From the NCBI GenBank assembly GCA_050613775.1, contig JBODTK010000133.1, positions 1-64,000 of the forward strand: 64,000 nt of DNA, read 5' to 3'. Positions 48,282 through 63,351 of the stretch are shown one piece after another. Source of the DNA: Neocallimastix sp. 'constans'. Lineage: Eukaryota. Both the position numbers and the translations under genes were made by a program. A model generated the notes under the pieces. That model had not been told where the DNA came from. It was given only the letters and a program-made list of their open reading frames with translations, and made no database searches. The stretch's first letter is position 1. Each line of letters opens with the position of its first letter.

Positions 48282-49634
48282 TTTTCAGTAATAATTAAAA
48301 AAAAAAAAAAAAAAAAGTTACCAATTTATAAATAATATATATATATATAAATATAGTATAACGTCATAATTATCTATATTATATATTTATCAAATAATTC
48401 ATCTAAAATTTAAAAATAAAAAAAATAAAAAATAATATCAATGTTAATAATAATTTGTATCAATTATATATATATTATGAGATATAACTCTATAATAATA
48501 ACATGAACGTAATATTTTCTATCTGATTATGCAATAAAATATATAAATATATAATTTAATTAAACCTATATTGTTTATTTATATATTACACATAATTTAA
48601 TACGAATACTATATATATAGTTTTATTTTCCTCAAAATACTTTTTTCCTCATTATTTCACTTTATCAAAATAAAAAAAGTTCAAAAATTATAAAATTTAT
48701 ATTTTTTTATTATGTATATATATATATTTATTTATTTATTTATCCATTTATTCATCTATTCATTAATCTCAGTTTCTTTTAACTTTTAACCATTTTAATT
48801 TGTAATATACACTTATAATAATTTATAATTTATTAAAAAAAATAATAATATAGCAATTAAAAAAAAATATAAATAAAAATTATTTCTTCTTTATATATAT
48901 ATATTTTTATAATAGATTATAATAATTTATTTAAAAAAAATAATAATAACACAGCAATTAAAATAATATTAATAAATAAAAATTGTTTCTTCTTTATATA
49001 TATATATTTTTATAATAGATTATAATTGTTTAGATGGAAGGAAATATAATAAAAAATCTATAAGTGATAGAACATTTAATATATATATATATTAAATATT
49101 GGATATATAAAAAGATAAAATAATGTAATATAAAATAATAGAATATTGACTAATAAAAATTGGCAAAAGGTATAGGATATGTTAAAAAGAGGGAGAAATT
49201 ATTTTTATAAAAAAAAAAAAAAATATTTATGTATATATAATAATAATAAAATAATAATAATGGTTCATTCCATTTCATATACTATTTATTTTCCTTCATT
49301 CTCTTTTTTAGTTTTGATTATTTAAAATATATTTCAGAAAAATAATAAAATAAAATAATAATTACAAAGGACTTATAAGGAAAATATATATTAAATATAT
49401 ATATATATATTATTGATAATATAATAAATTATCTTAAATATTATATATTATCATTTCCATTGTTTTGCTTTTGATTTTTTTTTTTTTTTCTTTTTTTTTT
49501 TGATATAAATTGCTTTTTCTTTATTTTATTTTATTAATCGATTATTACTTATTTTTATTTTTTATAAAGAGTATAATAAATATTTAAATATTTTTTGATT
49601 ATTATTATTATTTTTTTTTTAATCATTATTTTTA

Positions 49635-49669
<35 letters not shown>

Positions 49670-49696
49670 TGTATAAATTCATATAGTTGGTATAGC

Positions 49697-50887
49697 TTAT
49701 TCAAATGTTATTACAAATTCACCAACATCTTCTATTTTTATTTTATTAAGGGAATCTTGAATTTCATTTATTACATTGGATATCTATTAAAATATAAATT
49801 GATATTAAATTGATATAAATATATAAATATAAAATAAATATTTTATTAAAACAAAAAGTGATGTGAATTGCTTTTAATTTTCAAATTTTAAAAAAAAAAA
49901 AAAAAAAATTAATAACAATAATAATATTTACCTGACTTTTCTCTTCATTCTTTATTGAAGAATTAATAATAGAAGTAAAACCATTAATATTATCAAAAAG
50001 GTTTTTATTATTATTCGATATTATTGGTAATTTATTTATTTTTTCTTTTACTTCATTTTGATTTTCACATTTTACAATTATTTCTCTGTTAGATTTATAA
50101 TTATAAAATAATTTAAAATTTATTTCAAAAAAAAAAAAAAAAATAATAATAATAATATATTTATATAATATATATATATTTACTATTAAAAAATAATAAC
50201 ATATAAATATTAGATATTTACTGATATTCTCTAGTACGTTCCATTACATCCTGCTGCTGCAATTGATCTAACGTTCGAATATTCGATATATCAATCAAAT
50301 TCCTTAAAAAAAAGATAAAAAAAATAAATAAAAATATTTATATACATTATGAAAAAAAAAAAATATTAATTTATTTATTTTATATCAATATTCTAAAATT
50401 TCATTCATTTTAGTAATCTATATAATAATCTATAATTTGATTATAATAATGCTTACTCAGCTGTTTTCTGCACAATTTGTTTTAATTTTTCTTGTTCTCT
50501 TAATTGACTTATTAAATGAAAGTTCTGATTACTAATTATTCATTATAAAAAAAAGTTTTAGAAAAAAAGAATTCATTAAAAAATAAAAAAAAAAAGAAAT
50601 ATATATTATTATTTATATATGTAATATTTAAATTATATATTTAATAATACACTGTTTATCAATTTACAATAAGCATCAACTTACTCATCATCATTTATAT
50701 TTTCAGTATCATTTAATAAACGAGTTCTTTCATTTGGCTATTATAATATTTTTATATTTTAATATTAATTTTTAAATTTTACATTAGATTAATGTAATTA
50801 TTTCTACTTTAATTTTAATATTATATATAATACTATATTTACATCAATAACATCATCATCAACACATCTACTACTACAACAACCCAT
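49697..50887 (-). CDS. LAMTOR1: LAMTOR1/Ego1(Meh1)-like Ragulator anchor, 164 aa, 6 exons (50887-50843, 50737-50685, 50531-50457, 50302-50222, 50085-49932, 49783-49697)
   Basis: Manual splicing gives MGCCSS (myristoyl/palmitoyl motif), ERTRLL dileucine signal, IVQKTAENLIDIS and C-terminal IKIEDVGEFVITFE*. All introns are GT-AG and in frame. Confidence 0.85.
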
Positions 50888-52959
50888 TTTATATAAATTA
50901 GGAATATGTTTTCAAAAAAAATAAATAATGTAAAGAATAAATAAATAAATAAATAATTGATTTAAAAATAAATTAAAAGTTCAGAATTGATTTTTCCCAA
51001 GAATATATGTTGATTTATAATAATTTATAACATCAAAATTTAATCTTTATAGTAGATTTTCTAAAAATCCTAATATAAAAAAAAAAAAAAAAAAAGGATT
51101 TATGGTATTGTATATAAAATATCAAATAATTTAATTATCGTTAGCTTAAAAATTATATAAATTTAAGTAAATGTATATATTTTGAAAAAAGAAAATCAAA
51201 GATTTATACCTTCTATTATCAACTATATAAAAAATAAAAATAAAAATTGCTTCTTTTTTTTTTTTTTTTTTTACTATTTTACTATTTTATTTATTATTAT
51301 TTTTATTTTATTTTATTTTTTTTTTTTTTTTTTTTTTTTTTTTAGGTAATTATTATTATAATATTATTGATATCATTGAAAAGAAATACAAAAAATAAAT
51401 ATATTTCTGTGAATTTATATGTGATTATTTTAATTAAATTTTTATGATATTAATAATAGATAAATAATATTTATAATTATTCAAAATATCTAAAAGTAAA
51501 TTTTCTTTTTCTATTTAATATTTTATGATTATTTTTTAAGCTTTTGTATTATTATTTGATTATATTTCTACTTGACTTTTTTTATATTTATATTTATTTT
51601 TATATTTTTTATTATATTATTACTATTTGAATTATTTTTTGATTTGATTTGATTTGATTTTTGATTTGATTTTTGGAATATCTTTATAAAAAAAAAAAAG
51701 TATAAATTATTAAATTTGTTTTCTAATGCTTTTTTTTATTATATATTTTACTTTCTAAAAAAAAAAAAATTTATATAAACATAATTCTAATTGAATATAT
51801 TATTTCTTTTATTATATAAAAAAATTTAAAAACTGAAATAATAATAAAAGTATATATGCTTATTATAAATTTCTCTTTCCTTAATTATTCTATTACTATT
51901 AAATAAATACTGTAAATTAATAAAAAAAAAAAAAAAAAGACACTTTTTATAAAAAAAAAAAAAAAAAATTTATTATTATTGTTTTTTAGAATTATTATTG
52001 TTATAACTACTTTTATTAATTTAATAAAATTTAAAAATACAAAAAAGTTAATATTGTAATATTGTGGATTAATAATAATAATCTTATATAATAGTAAACT
52101 AAATAAATAAAACTATTTTAGATATTATATATTATATTTTTATTAAATATATTTTTATATTTATTTCTATATAAATGTTATATAAATTGTTATATATAAA
52201 CTTCTCTTTTCCTATTTATTCTATTACTACTAAATAAATACTATAAATAAAAAAAAAATGTTTTAAAACAAATATAAAAAGCTGTTATAAAAAGCATTAA
52301 ATATTGCTAATATTGCTATAGATAGCAAAAATTCAAAATAAAATATATCTATTAATATTTATATAAAAAATAAAAAAATAAATAATATGAATAAATAATT
52401 ATTAGTAGATAGTTCTTTATTTCTTAATGTATCATGATTGCTTCATAATAACGAAGATTAAAAAAAAAAGAAGAAAAAATTAATAATAAAAGGAGAATAA
52501 AGGCAGTTATACGTTAAAGATATATCGATAATATAAATAGAAAGAGTTAAACAACGAATTAGTTATATTCTATATGAGTAAAAATGGGAACATTGCATTC
52601 AATATATATATATATTTATTAGTTATATAAAATCTTTTAATATCTTTTTATTTAATTATTATTCATTACTTATTTATTCAATTATCTATAATATGATATG
52701 TTATCGAATTATGATTCAGCTATCTAAAAAATCGCTTATTAAAAGGATCTTAAGAAAAAGAATGACTTCACATTCAATCATTTTTAATAAAAAAAAAAAA
52801 GAAAAATTTTATGGCACAATTAATTTGTACTAAAATTTTATATATTTATATATACTGTCATTCAAAATTCCCTTTTGACATCATATTTAATCATATATAT
52901 ATTATTTATTTAACTCTATATAAAATAAAGATAAGATAAAAAATAATATTATTAATTAT

Positions 52960-53310
52960 TATTTAATTATTATTTATTTATTATTTATTTATTATTTGTT
53001 ATTTATTATTTATTATTTATTATTTATTATTTATTTATTATTTATTTATTATCAATTATTTATTCAATTATTATTTATTATTTTATTTATTATTTATTAT
53101 TTATTATTTATTTATTTATTATTTATTATTTATTATTTATTATTTATTATTTATTATTTATTATTTATTATTTATTATTTATTATTTATTATTTATTATT
53201 TATTATTATTAATTATTAATTATTAATTATTAATTATTAATTATTAATTATTATTTATTATTTATTATTTATTATCTATTATTTAATTATTTATTATTTA
53301 TTATTTATTA
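52960..53310. repeat. (TTATTTA)n-type microsatellite
   Basis: Heptamer tandem tract; similar tracts at ~53750-53970 and ~63580-63790. Confidence 0.8.
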
Positions 53311-54057
53311 TTATTAAATTTTTTTTTTTAAATTAATTTTAATTAAATAAAATTTAAAAATATTAAAAAAAAAGTAATTTAATAAGAATTAAAATTTAAA
53401 TTCCTCGTTACTATATTTGTATTTCATTGGATAAAAAATAATATTTTTTCATGCATTTAAGTTGTGTTTATTATATTTTATATATATTATTTATATATAT
53501 TATATATACATATAATTTATTTAGTATAAATTTATCATACATATTTTTAATATAATTATATATATAATTTTATATTTATATATTTATATTTATCATACAT
53601 AATTTTATATATATAATATATAAACATTAATGTATATATAATACTTTTCAGATTAAATTTCAATATTAAAAAAAAAAAAAAAAAAGGTTGTGAGCTGACA
53701 ATAATTGGCATATTTATTTTGTTTTGTTTATTTTATTTATAACATACTATTTATTAATTATTAATTATTATTTATTATATTTATTATTTATTTATTATTT
53801 ATTTATTTATTATTCAATTATTTATTATTTATTATTCAATTATTTATTATTTATTATTTATTATTTATTATTTATTATTTATTATTTATTAGTTATTAAT
53901 TATTAGTTATTAGTTATTAATAAATTTTTATTATTTATTATTATTTAATATCTAATTATTTATTATTTATTATTTCATAAAAATCTTTAATCTGATTTTT
54001 TAATTATTGAAAAGGTTAATTTTTTTTTTTTGTGTTTTTAAATATAAATAGGAATCT

Positions 54058-54110
54058 ATTGAGAAATGCACGATTGTGTTTCGCAATCGTGCATTTCGCA
54101 ATATGGCTTA
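54058..54110. repeat. Palindromic MULE-TIR-like remnant
   Basis: attgagaaatgcacgattg / caatcgtgcatttcgcaat inverted pair followed by atggctta, resembling the TIR motifs at ~1140-1160 and ~3478-3510. Confidence 0.55.
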
Positions 54111-55566
54111 TTTTTGAATTAATATAATAGTTAAAAATTATAAAATAATAATTTAGAAATTGTTATTAGTATTTAAAATAATTAAAGTTTGCATGACAAG
54201 AGTGAATGAAGAGCAACCGTAAATTTTAATATTAAAAATATTTTTAATAAATAATTTTAAAATAATAAAAATAACCGTCTTTTTTTTTTTTTTTTTTTTT
54301 TTACAATTTTAATGAAAAAATATTTAAAGTAATGAACAATATAAACAAATAATAGCAATTTATTGTTAGTTCATTGTTATTTGCTTATTATTTTTTATAA
54401 ATTAAAATAATTGTTAAATAGCATATTAATTTTTTTTTTGTTTTTCATTTTTATTTTTATTTTTATTGATTATATCATTTTTTGATTCTTTATTTTAAAA
54501 TAATAAAAAAATTTTATAAAAATGTAGTAGTATATTTATATTTATTAAACTTTAAAAATATGAAATAGTATTATAATCTTTTTCTATTTTTTATTTTTTA
54601 AAATTTGTATTTGTTTTAAAAATACATTTTTTATATTACATATTATACAGTATATACTTTTATTTATTTGTTTCATTTTTTGTTTGTCATAAAGTCTTAA
54701 TCTAAATATTAAATTTTCAATCATTGAATAATTATTAAAAAAAAAAAAAAAAAAAAATTGCTTATCAACTAATTAATTATATAGACATGAAAATTAGTGG
54801 GAATACTATAAATTTTCAAAAAATTTAAATTTGTTTCATATAATTTTCGAATTAGTAATACATATATAGGTTAAAACTTCCTCTTTATTGTATAATTATG
54901 ACTGATTTCATATGCATATCATTTCAATCAGTGTATTAGTAAAAAAAATTAGAATTTCCTATTATGATGGCCATTTTCTTGTTTCAACAAATCCTCTCCT
55001 AAAGGAATATTCATTTTGATTGACTTGGAAAGTTCATTAACATGGTCATGAATAAATTGAATGATTTGTATTAAATTTTCATAGATTATATTCTTGATTA
55101 TTACAGTGAATTTTGAACTGGTTTTCCGTGAAAGAAAAAAAAAAAAAAAAAAAAAAAAAAAGATAATTTAGAATTATTTAATAACTAATTTTTTTTTCTC
55201 TTTCTGAATACATATTATAAGATGGTGTCATACAGTTTATAATATATGCTCAGAAGTTTTTTTTTAAACTGTATAATATGTAGACGGTTCTTTCAGATTC
55301 AATATAGTTATATCAAACATAAACTGAACTATTATTAGTACTAGTTATCGTCACGTCATATCTATTCATATTTTGTGATAGACTGAAAATGAAAGTCTTC
55401 TAAAGCTTCTACAGTAGGAGTACTTATTAACATTCTGAATGATGATTTTTAGTGTGAAATATAATGATTTTACTTTCAATTTTACAAAATTATTAATCTT
55501 TTATAAAATATATATATTTTTAACTTTTTTTTTTCTATATTCTTTAATTTATTTTTCCAAGAAATC

Positions 55567-55610
<44 letters not shown>

Positions 55611-58600
55611 GATTTGATATTTTTATTATTCTATTTCTCTGAATGATAATTTTTTTATAAAATAAATAAATGAAATTATATTAAATTCTTAAATACTATA
55701 TATAGAGAATATTCAATTCTTAAATGTTAATTAATAATTGATATCTTTAAATGTAATATCAAAATTTTTGATTTTCATTACATTCAAAAGTTACTTTATA
55801 TTATATTTCTAATATATATGTCTTAATTTGAAAACTTTTTTACAAACTTTTTTTTATACAAAATCTATTGCACTTTTCTAATTAAATTTCAAAGATTTCT
55901 ATTTATTACCAAGTAATTAAACGAAAACTATTGGTTTCATTGGTTAAATTTTATAATATATGATAATATTTTATAAATAAAGTATTATTATATAAATTGA
56001 ATGATGTATATAATTTTTTAATATCCATATATAATATAATTTTTTTTATTTACTTTATATATTACATTACTATATATAATAAATTTTTCTTTATTTTAAT
56101 TTTTTTTACAATAGAATTAATTAATGATATTTTATAATTAATTAAATTTTTATTTAAATAATATTATATATGACTTAATATTTATATAAAATTAATAATT
56201 AATACTAATACTACTAATAATAATAATTATAAAATAATGAAATTTTAAAATGTATATAGATATATTAAGTTTAGTTTATTTTTATGAAATTCTCATCATA
56301 TTTTACAATTTCTACTTTTAATTTTTATTTTTTTTTCTCTTCATGTGTATTAATTCTTAATTTTTTAACTAATTTTAATTATAGATAAAAATATATAAAA
56401 ATATTTGTTTAGTTTATTTTAACTCTAACTGTATTTAGTATTAAATTTAAAAAATATAATTATTTTTTAAAATTTAATGGTAATTTATATTCATAATAAA
56501 AAAGTATAACTTCTTATTCTATGTATTTAAGATTTTATAAAAAATTCTCCTTTTCAAATAAAAATATATCAATTAAAATTAAATAAAATTTATACTAATC
56601 AACAACAATATAAAAAATAATAAGGAATATACTTTGTAACTAAAGATTATATTATTTCTATATGATTAAAGAAGGTCAATATATTAGAGCTTAAATATAA
56701 CAATTATATTTATTAATAAATTCTATTCTATCGAATATAAGGAAATAAAAAAAAATTAAATGTTTAGTATTTAATAAATAATAAAAAAAATTATTATAAA
56801 AAAAAAAATAAAATAATAAAATTATTATTAATTAAAAAAAATTTTTTTTATCAAATAATATTAGTAAATTTTTTTATAGCCAATAAAACTGATCCTTATT
56901 ACAATACCTGATTTTGTATTAAGTTTTGGGTGAATGATTGGAAAAAAAAGCTAGAAAATAAATAAACCAGCGAAATAACGAACACCTTTTCTTAAAAAAC
57001 ATCCAACAATAAACCTTCTATTTATAACCAATAGGAGAAGAGGTATAACTCAATATTTATAGGATAAAAATATTTATTATTATTTATTTTATTATTGTTA
57101 TTATAGAAGAAGTTTTATATTTTATTCTATTTTATTTTATTTTTATTCTATTCTATTTTGTTTAATTGTTCTTTATATTATAATTTATTATAATTACTTC
57201 TTTTAATATACCAGTGATAATAATTATAATTATTATTAAAAATAATGAAGAAATTTTAATTTTATTTAATACACAATAATAAAAATATATTAAATATATT
57301 TATTAATATCCATATACCCAAATAATTTAAGATAATAGTAATAAAAAAGTAAATAAATAAATAATAATAATAATAAATAAATAAATGAAGACAATAAAAA
57401 ATAAATTATATTTATTTTATTATTTTCTTGATTTTTAATTTCAGTACTAAGTAAAATAATTTATGAAAATAATATAAATGATATTAAAGAAAATTGAAAT
57501 TAAAGTAATGAAATAATAGATATAAATTAGGAAAAATAAAATATAAAAAAAAAAAGAAAATAACATAAATTATATTTATTGTATTATTATAATATATTCA
57601 ACTTTACTAAATTTTATATAAGACATTATCAGCAATTAACAAATATAATGTTTTTTTTTTTTTTTTTTGGAAATTATTATAAAGTAAATTAATATTGTAA
57701 AATATTGAAATAATATATATATAAATTAAAAAAAAAAAAAAAAAAAGATAAAAGAAATCAAATAAAAAGAATATAATATAGTATTGTCATATTATTATTT
57801 AAAATTATAAAAGCAAAGTATTTTTATAATGATAAATTAATATATTAATTTATATGAAATGTATGGAGGAGTATCGGATAATTATATAATAGAAGTAAAT
57901 AAGTATTAAAGAATAAAATCTCCTATAATTAATAAAATATACATATGTTTAATAGAAATAAATAAATATTAAAAAATAAAAATCACCTAAATCAATTGTA
58001 AAAAATATATATATATATGTAAAATAATATAATATTATAATAAATTTAAGATAATTTTTATATATTTTAAAAATATATATATTTACTTAATATTTAAATA
58101 TATTTAATGTTTTAAAAAGTATTATATATATTTTATAAAAGTGAGATAGTAAACATTTTTATATAAATAATAAATTAATCTTAATATATATCATACAAAC
58201 AATTTATTTATATAAGAAGAAAAAAATAAATTAAAAATAGTAAATAAATAAATATATCAGTGATATATACTTAATAAAATAATAATATTTAAACCCATGT
58301 TGAATAATAATACGGATTTTTTTCTTTTTGTTTTAAGTATATTATAAAAAAAATATTTAAAGATATATTAATAATATATATTTATTTATACCACTTTTAA
58401 TATAAACGAAAAAAATATTTATAATATTATATAACAAGTCAGTAAATATTTAATAATATGTATAAATAAAAAAATAATATCATTTAATAGACCTCTTTTT
58501 TATATTAAATAAAACAATTTCAATTGTTATGATTTAATTTTATAAAACTTTATTAATACATCATTCATAGATATTAATTATAACACCTTATATAATAGAA

Positions 58601-58740
58601 AATTAATATAATATAAATTAATATGATATTCCTATATTCATCATTTCATTATTTTTACTTAGGTATATTTGTTCTTATAAAATTAGTTATTAACAAAAAT
58701 TTATATTTTAATAATTAAAACAATATTTAATAATTGATAT

Positions 58741-58990
58741 TTATAAAATATTAAATAATAGTAAATTAAATAATAAAAATAAACAATTTAAATTAAAAAT
58801 AAATATAACAAAAAAATTCAAAAAAAAAAAAAAAGTAATTTAGCAAATTAATTACTTATTAATATTATAAAATATTAAATAATAGTAAATTAAATAATAA
58901 AAATAAACAATTTAAATTAAAAATAAATATAACAAAAAAATTCAAAAAAAAAAAAAAAGTAATTTAGCAAATTAATTACTTATTAATATT
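58741..58990. repeat. ~124-bp tandem duplication
   Basis: ttataaaatattaaataatagtaaatt...ttagcaaattaattacttattaata occurs at 58741 and again at 58865. Confidence 0.85.
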
Positions 58991-59429
58991 TATTATTTTT
59001 TTTTTGTATATAATAAAGATAATATATCATTTAAAATATATTTTCAAATTTATTTAAAAAAACAATAATTTATATTAGTAAAGAGTGAAGAAATATATTT
59101 ATATATATACTTTTTTTTTCAAATTATAAAATATATTACTTTAATTTAAATATTATTAGTAGAAATTAAAAATAATAATAGTAATAATAACAAATTTTTT
59201 AAGTAAAAAAAAAATACAATAAAATAATCCATTCCACATTTTATTTTAAAATAATAATCCATTGACAGTGAATAATATTATAACATTTTTTATTATAAAT
59301 AATTTGATATAATATCATAAAATACAATAAACCATTCATATTATATTAATTTGAATTTTCCATATTAATAAAAACAGTACACCTAATCTTCAAATTTTTA
59401 AATCCACATGTTTTATCATCATATAAATA

Positions 59430-59558
59430 AAAAATAATAAATAATAAATAATAAATAATAAATAATAAATAATAAATAATAAATAATAAATAATAAATAA
59501 TAAATAATAAATAATAAATAATAAATAATAAATAATAAATAATAAATAATAAATAATA
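59430..59558. repeat. (AAATAAT)n microsatellite
   Basis: Near-perfect heptamer tandem tract. Confidence 0.85.
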
Positions 59559-60665
59559 ATGAATCAAATTAATAGATAAATAATACATATAAAACATAAT
59601 AATTTTAAATATTATTATAATAAATATCAATAAATAATATATGTCATTAATAAATTTGTAATAAAATTTTTTATTACCTGAGGACAAGACAAAAAAAAAA
59701 GAATAAATTTGTACATATAATATATTAATAATATATTAATAATATACTACTAATATATAGATACAATTAATTTAAAATGATTTAAATAATAATTAAAATA
59801 TTAATACTTAATTACATTTAATTATAATAAATGATATATCAGCATATAAGAAACAAATCAATTAATTCAACATATTAAAAATATATTAATAATATAATTT
59901 AATAATAAATAAAGTTGATATATTCAAAGTATAATGATATACATAAATATTTTAAAATTTATATTATTTGTTAAATATAGAATTTGATTTTAATATATTA
60001 TTATACATATTAAATTATATTAAAATAGAATAAAATATTTTTTATATTTAATTATTAATTTTCTATACTAATTTTTTTTTTCTTTTTTTATTAATAATTT
60101 TTTTCATAATATACAATAAAAAAAGTATTTGTTAAAACTATTATTGTGTATAATAATAATTAACAGTTTGAATAATGGTGAAAGCATTTATAATATAAAT
60201 AAACCAAGAGAATTAGAAAAGTCAATAATAACTTAGAACAATTCTTTATTAATCATATTATTTATATTATTCACTCTTTAAAATTGAAAAGAAAATATAA
60301 TAATATTTAATTAATTATTTAATCAACTTGGAAAATTTATTTTTATAGATAAATTGCTTTCAATTTTATTATTTGTATTTTAAATAAAATAATTTTTAAT
60401 ATAGTACTTTAAAAAATTTTAAAGTAGTAAAGTCGCCAGAAAAAAAAAACAATATTATTAATATTTGAAGTTTAATAAATTCAATAATATTGTTTTTTTT
60501 TTATTCATAGAGTTTTCATTTTTAAATAGAATATTATTAAGAACGAATAAATTTGTTCATCCATCATTTTTTTTTTAAAAAAAAAAATAATAGAAATAAT
60601 TTATATAGTTTATTTTCTATCAATTAAAAGAATATTTATACCTGTAATAAAATAAATTAATAAAC

Positions 60666-61864
60666 ATGGATGCCGTATCCGCTTCTGTTCAAGGTGCTGG
60701 AGGCACAACTTCAACAATGGCTGGAAATACTACTAGTGCAGCTGCAACAAATAATGATCTTTCACAATATGCTCAAGTTATACAACAATTATATCCATAT
60801 AATAATGTTGTAAGTTTTAATTTATTATTTTTTTTATATTTATATATATATATGAATAATTTTTTTTTATTAAATATAAAGATTAGTCATAAGTAGTTCA
60901 AAAAAAAAAAAAAAAATAGATTTCATCTTATTTAGAATTCAATTTTTAAAATAATATCTTAAATAATATTAAATTATTTCTTATATAAATAAATTTACAT
61001 TTTTATATTTTTTAAAAACAATTGTTAGTTATTACAATCATCACAAAATCAAGTTTCTCCATTTGGATTACAAGGTGCTAATCAACAACCAGGTGCAACT
61101 TCACCAAATCAATCTCAAGATGCTTTAGCAGCTGCCGCAGCTGCAGTAGCTGTTGCTTTCCCAAATAATCCATCATTAATGGCAGCAGCGGCAGCCGCAA
61201 GTGTTGGTGGTGCGTCAGGTGTCGTTCAAAATACAGGTGAAGAACCACTTTATGTTAATGCTAAACAATATCACAGAATTTTAAAAAGAAGAGAAGCTAG
61301 AACTAAATGGGAGGCTTATAATAAGAATCCAAAAAAGGTTAAAGTAAGTCATTAAATTAGAGATATAAAAAAAAAACAATAAAGATATATATATTTTACT
61401 TAAAATCAGCTATAGTTTTCTAAACTAATAAATTTTTATTTTATTTTATTATTTATATTTTATTTTATTTGAATTATTAGGGTTATTTACATGAATCTCG
61501 TCATAAGCATGCTATGAAACGTCCACGTGGTCCAGGAGGTCGTTTCTTATCATCAAAGGAATTAGCTGATATGGCGTTAAAACAACAACAACAACAGCAA
61601 CAACAAGAACAACAAAACCAACAAAATCAACAAAACCAAGGTCAAACCCAACAACAAAATCAACAATCACAATCACAGAATCAATCTCAAATACAAAATC
61701 AACAACAAAATGTAACTCAAGTTAACGCTCAAAATTTAACTCAAAATTTAAATCTTTTAAATACGGCTAATGCAGTTCAACAAGTAAATCAACAAACTGC
61801 TTCTCAACTTTCCCAACAGCTATTACAACAACAAAGTGTTATGACTCAACAAACTACTCAATAG
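60666..61864 (+). CDS. HAP2: CCAAT-binding factor subunit HAP2/NF-YA, 280 aa, 3 exons (60666-60809, 61029-61343, 61481-61864)
   Basis: EEPLYVNAKQYHRILKRREAR and YLHESRHKHAMKRPRGPGGRF conserved NF-YA domain; GT-AG introns in frame; Gln-rich tail. Confidence 0.93.
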
Positions 61865-62253
61865 ATAAATAATAAAAATTTTGTTAAAGAATTTTTTTTT
61901 TAAAAAAAAATATTTAGTTTTTTTTTTTCTATTTCTTAATCTTATTTTTAGTTATATTTCATACAGTTGTAAAAAATTTTTTTATATTTTTTAAAGTAAA
62001 TTATATCAAATGAACGACAAATGTTCATTATTATTAATATATATATTTCTAAAAAAAAAAAAAAAAAAAAAATTATATTATTAAATTAAATTTTCAATTT
62101 TGAAAAAAAAAGAAAGAAAAAATATAAAATAATAATTGAATTTTTTTTTTTTTTTTTGCAAATTTTTTTTATATTAATTTTTAAAAAAAATGGAAAAAAG
62201 GTTTTTAAAAAATAATTATTACTATACATTTATTATTTATTTATTATTGATTT

Positions 62254-62287
<34 letters not shown>

Positions 62288-62364
62288 GAGTAATGAAATT
62301 AGTATTATACCACAGAGTATATGAAAGTAATTACTTTTTTTTTTATTATTATTTTTAAAAAAAA

Positions 62365-62400
<36 letters not shown>

Positions 62401-62824
62401 TATATATATTATCTTTTTATTTTCATTTTAATTTTCATTTTATATATTAAAATGAATTACAACAGAAATTATTATTTTTTTTTTTCTATATTTTATTACA
62501 AAAAATATTTTTTATAAAATTTATTTATATAATTAAACTAAGAGAGATGAATTATAAATTTAGAAATTTTTAGGAAAAAAAAAAAAATTAAAAATAAATA
62601 AAAAAAAAAAAAAGATAATAAAATAAAAATAAAAATAAAAATAAAATATATTTTTTAAAAAAAAAAAAAGAGTTATATTTAAATATATTTATATTAATAT
62701 CATGATATTATAATTTTATAATTTTATAATTCTATTTTTATTAATTTAAAAGGCTTTTTTATTAAAAAAAAAAAAATATTGGTTTATACTATTAATGAAA
62801 TGAATAAATGGATCGTACTATGAA

Positions 62825-62868
<44 letters not shown>

Positions 62869-63314
62869 AAAATTTCAAATTAAAATGGAAGAAAGATTAT
62901 AGGTTTAAATTTTTTTTTTTTTAAATTAAAAATGAAAGTAAGATTATAGATTTTTTTTATTTGTATTTCTTGTTCATCTTTCTCTTGAAAAATACCTCTC
63001 TATTTGTATAAACTCAAATCATTAATTTTTTTTTTTTTTTTAATTTTATTTTATTTCTATTATAATAATTGGTCTTTTTATTATTATTATTAATTTTTTA
63101 TATATATTAATTTTTTAATGTTTTTTTTTTTTTTTTTTTTTTAATTTAATTATTAATTTTTCGCGTGTTTTTTTTTTTTTTTTTTTTTATTTATTTATAT
63201 AAAAAATTAATATTTTAAATTATTATTATTAATATTATTATTATTTTTTTAATGGTTTAACTAATGAATTTTTTTTTTTTTTTTAATTTTTATATTATTT
63301 ATTTAATTTAATTT

Positions 63315-63351
<37 letters not shown>

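Noticed and set aside
48830..49030. Short local duplication (~100 bp), with another pair at ~51860 and ~52190
   Set aside because: Ordinary slippage-type duplications in AT-rich intergenic DNA.
52996..53906. ORFs rich in L/F/I/Y (also 1159-1371, 49595-49813, 55439-55642, 59346-59687)
   Set aside because: Translations of microsatellites and homopolymer runs; 49595-49813 is also antisense to the last LAMTOR1 exon.
54780..55440. GC-richer patch that might be a decayed transposase next to the TIR-like palindrome
   Set aside because: No sustained ORF or catalytic motif recognised.
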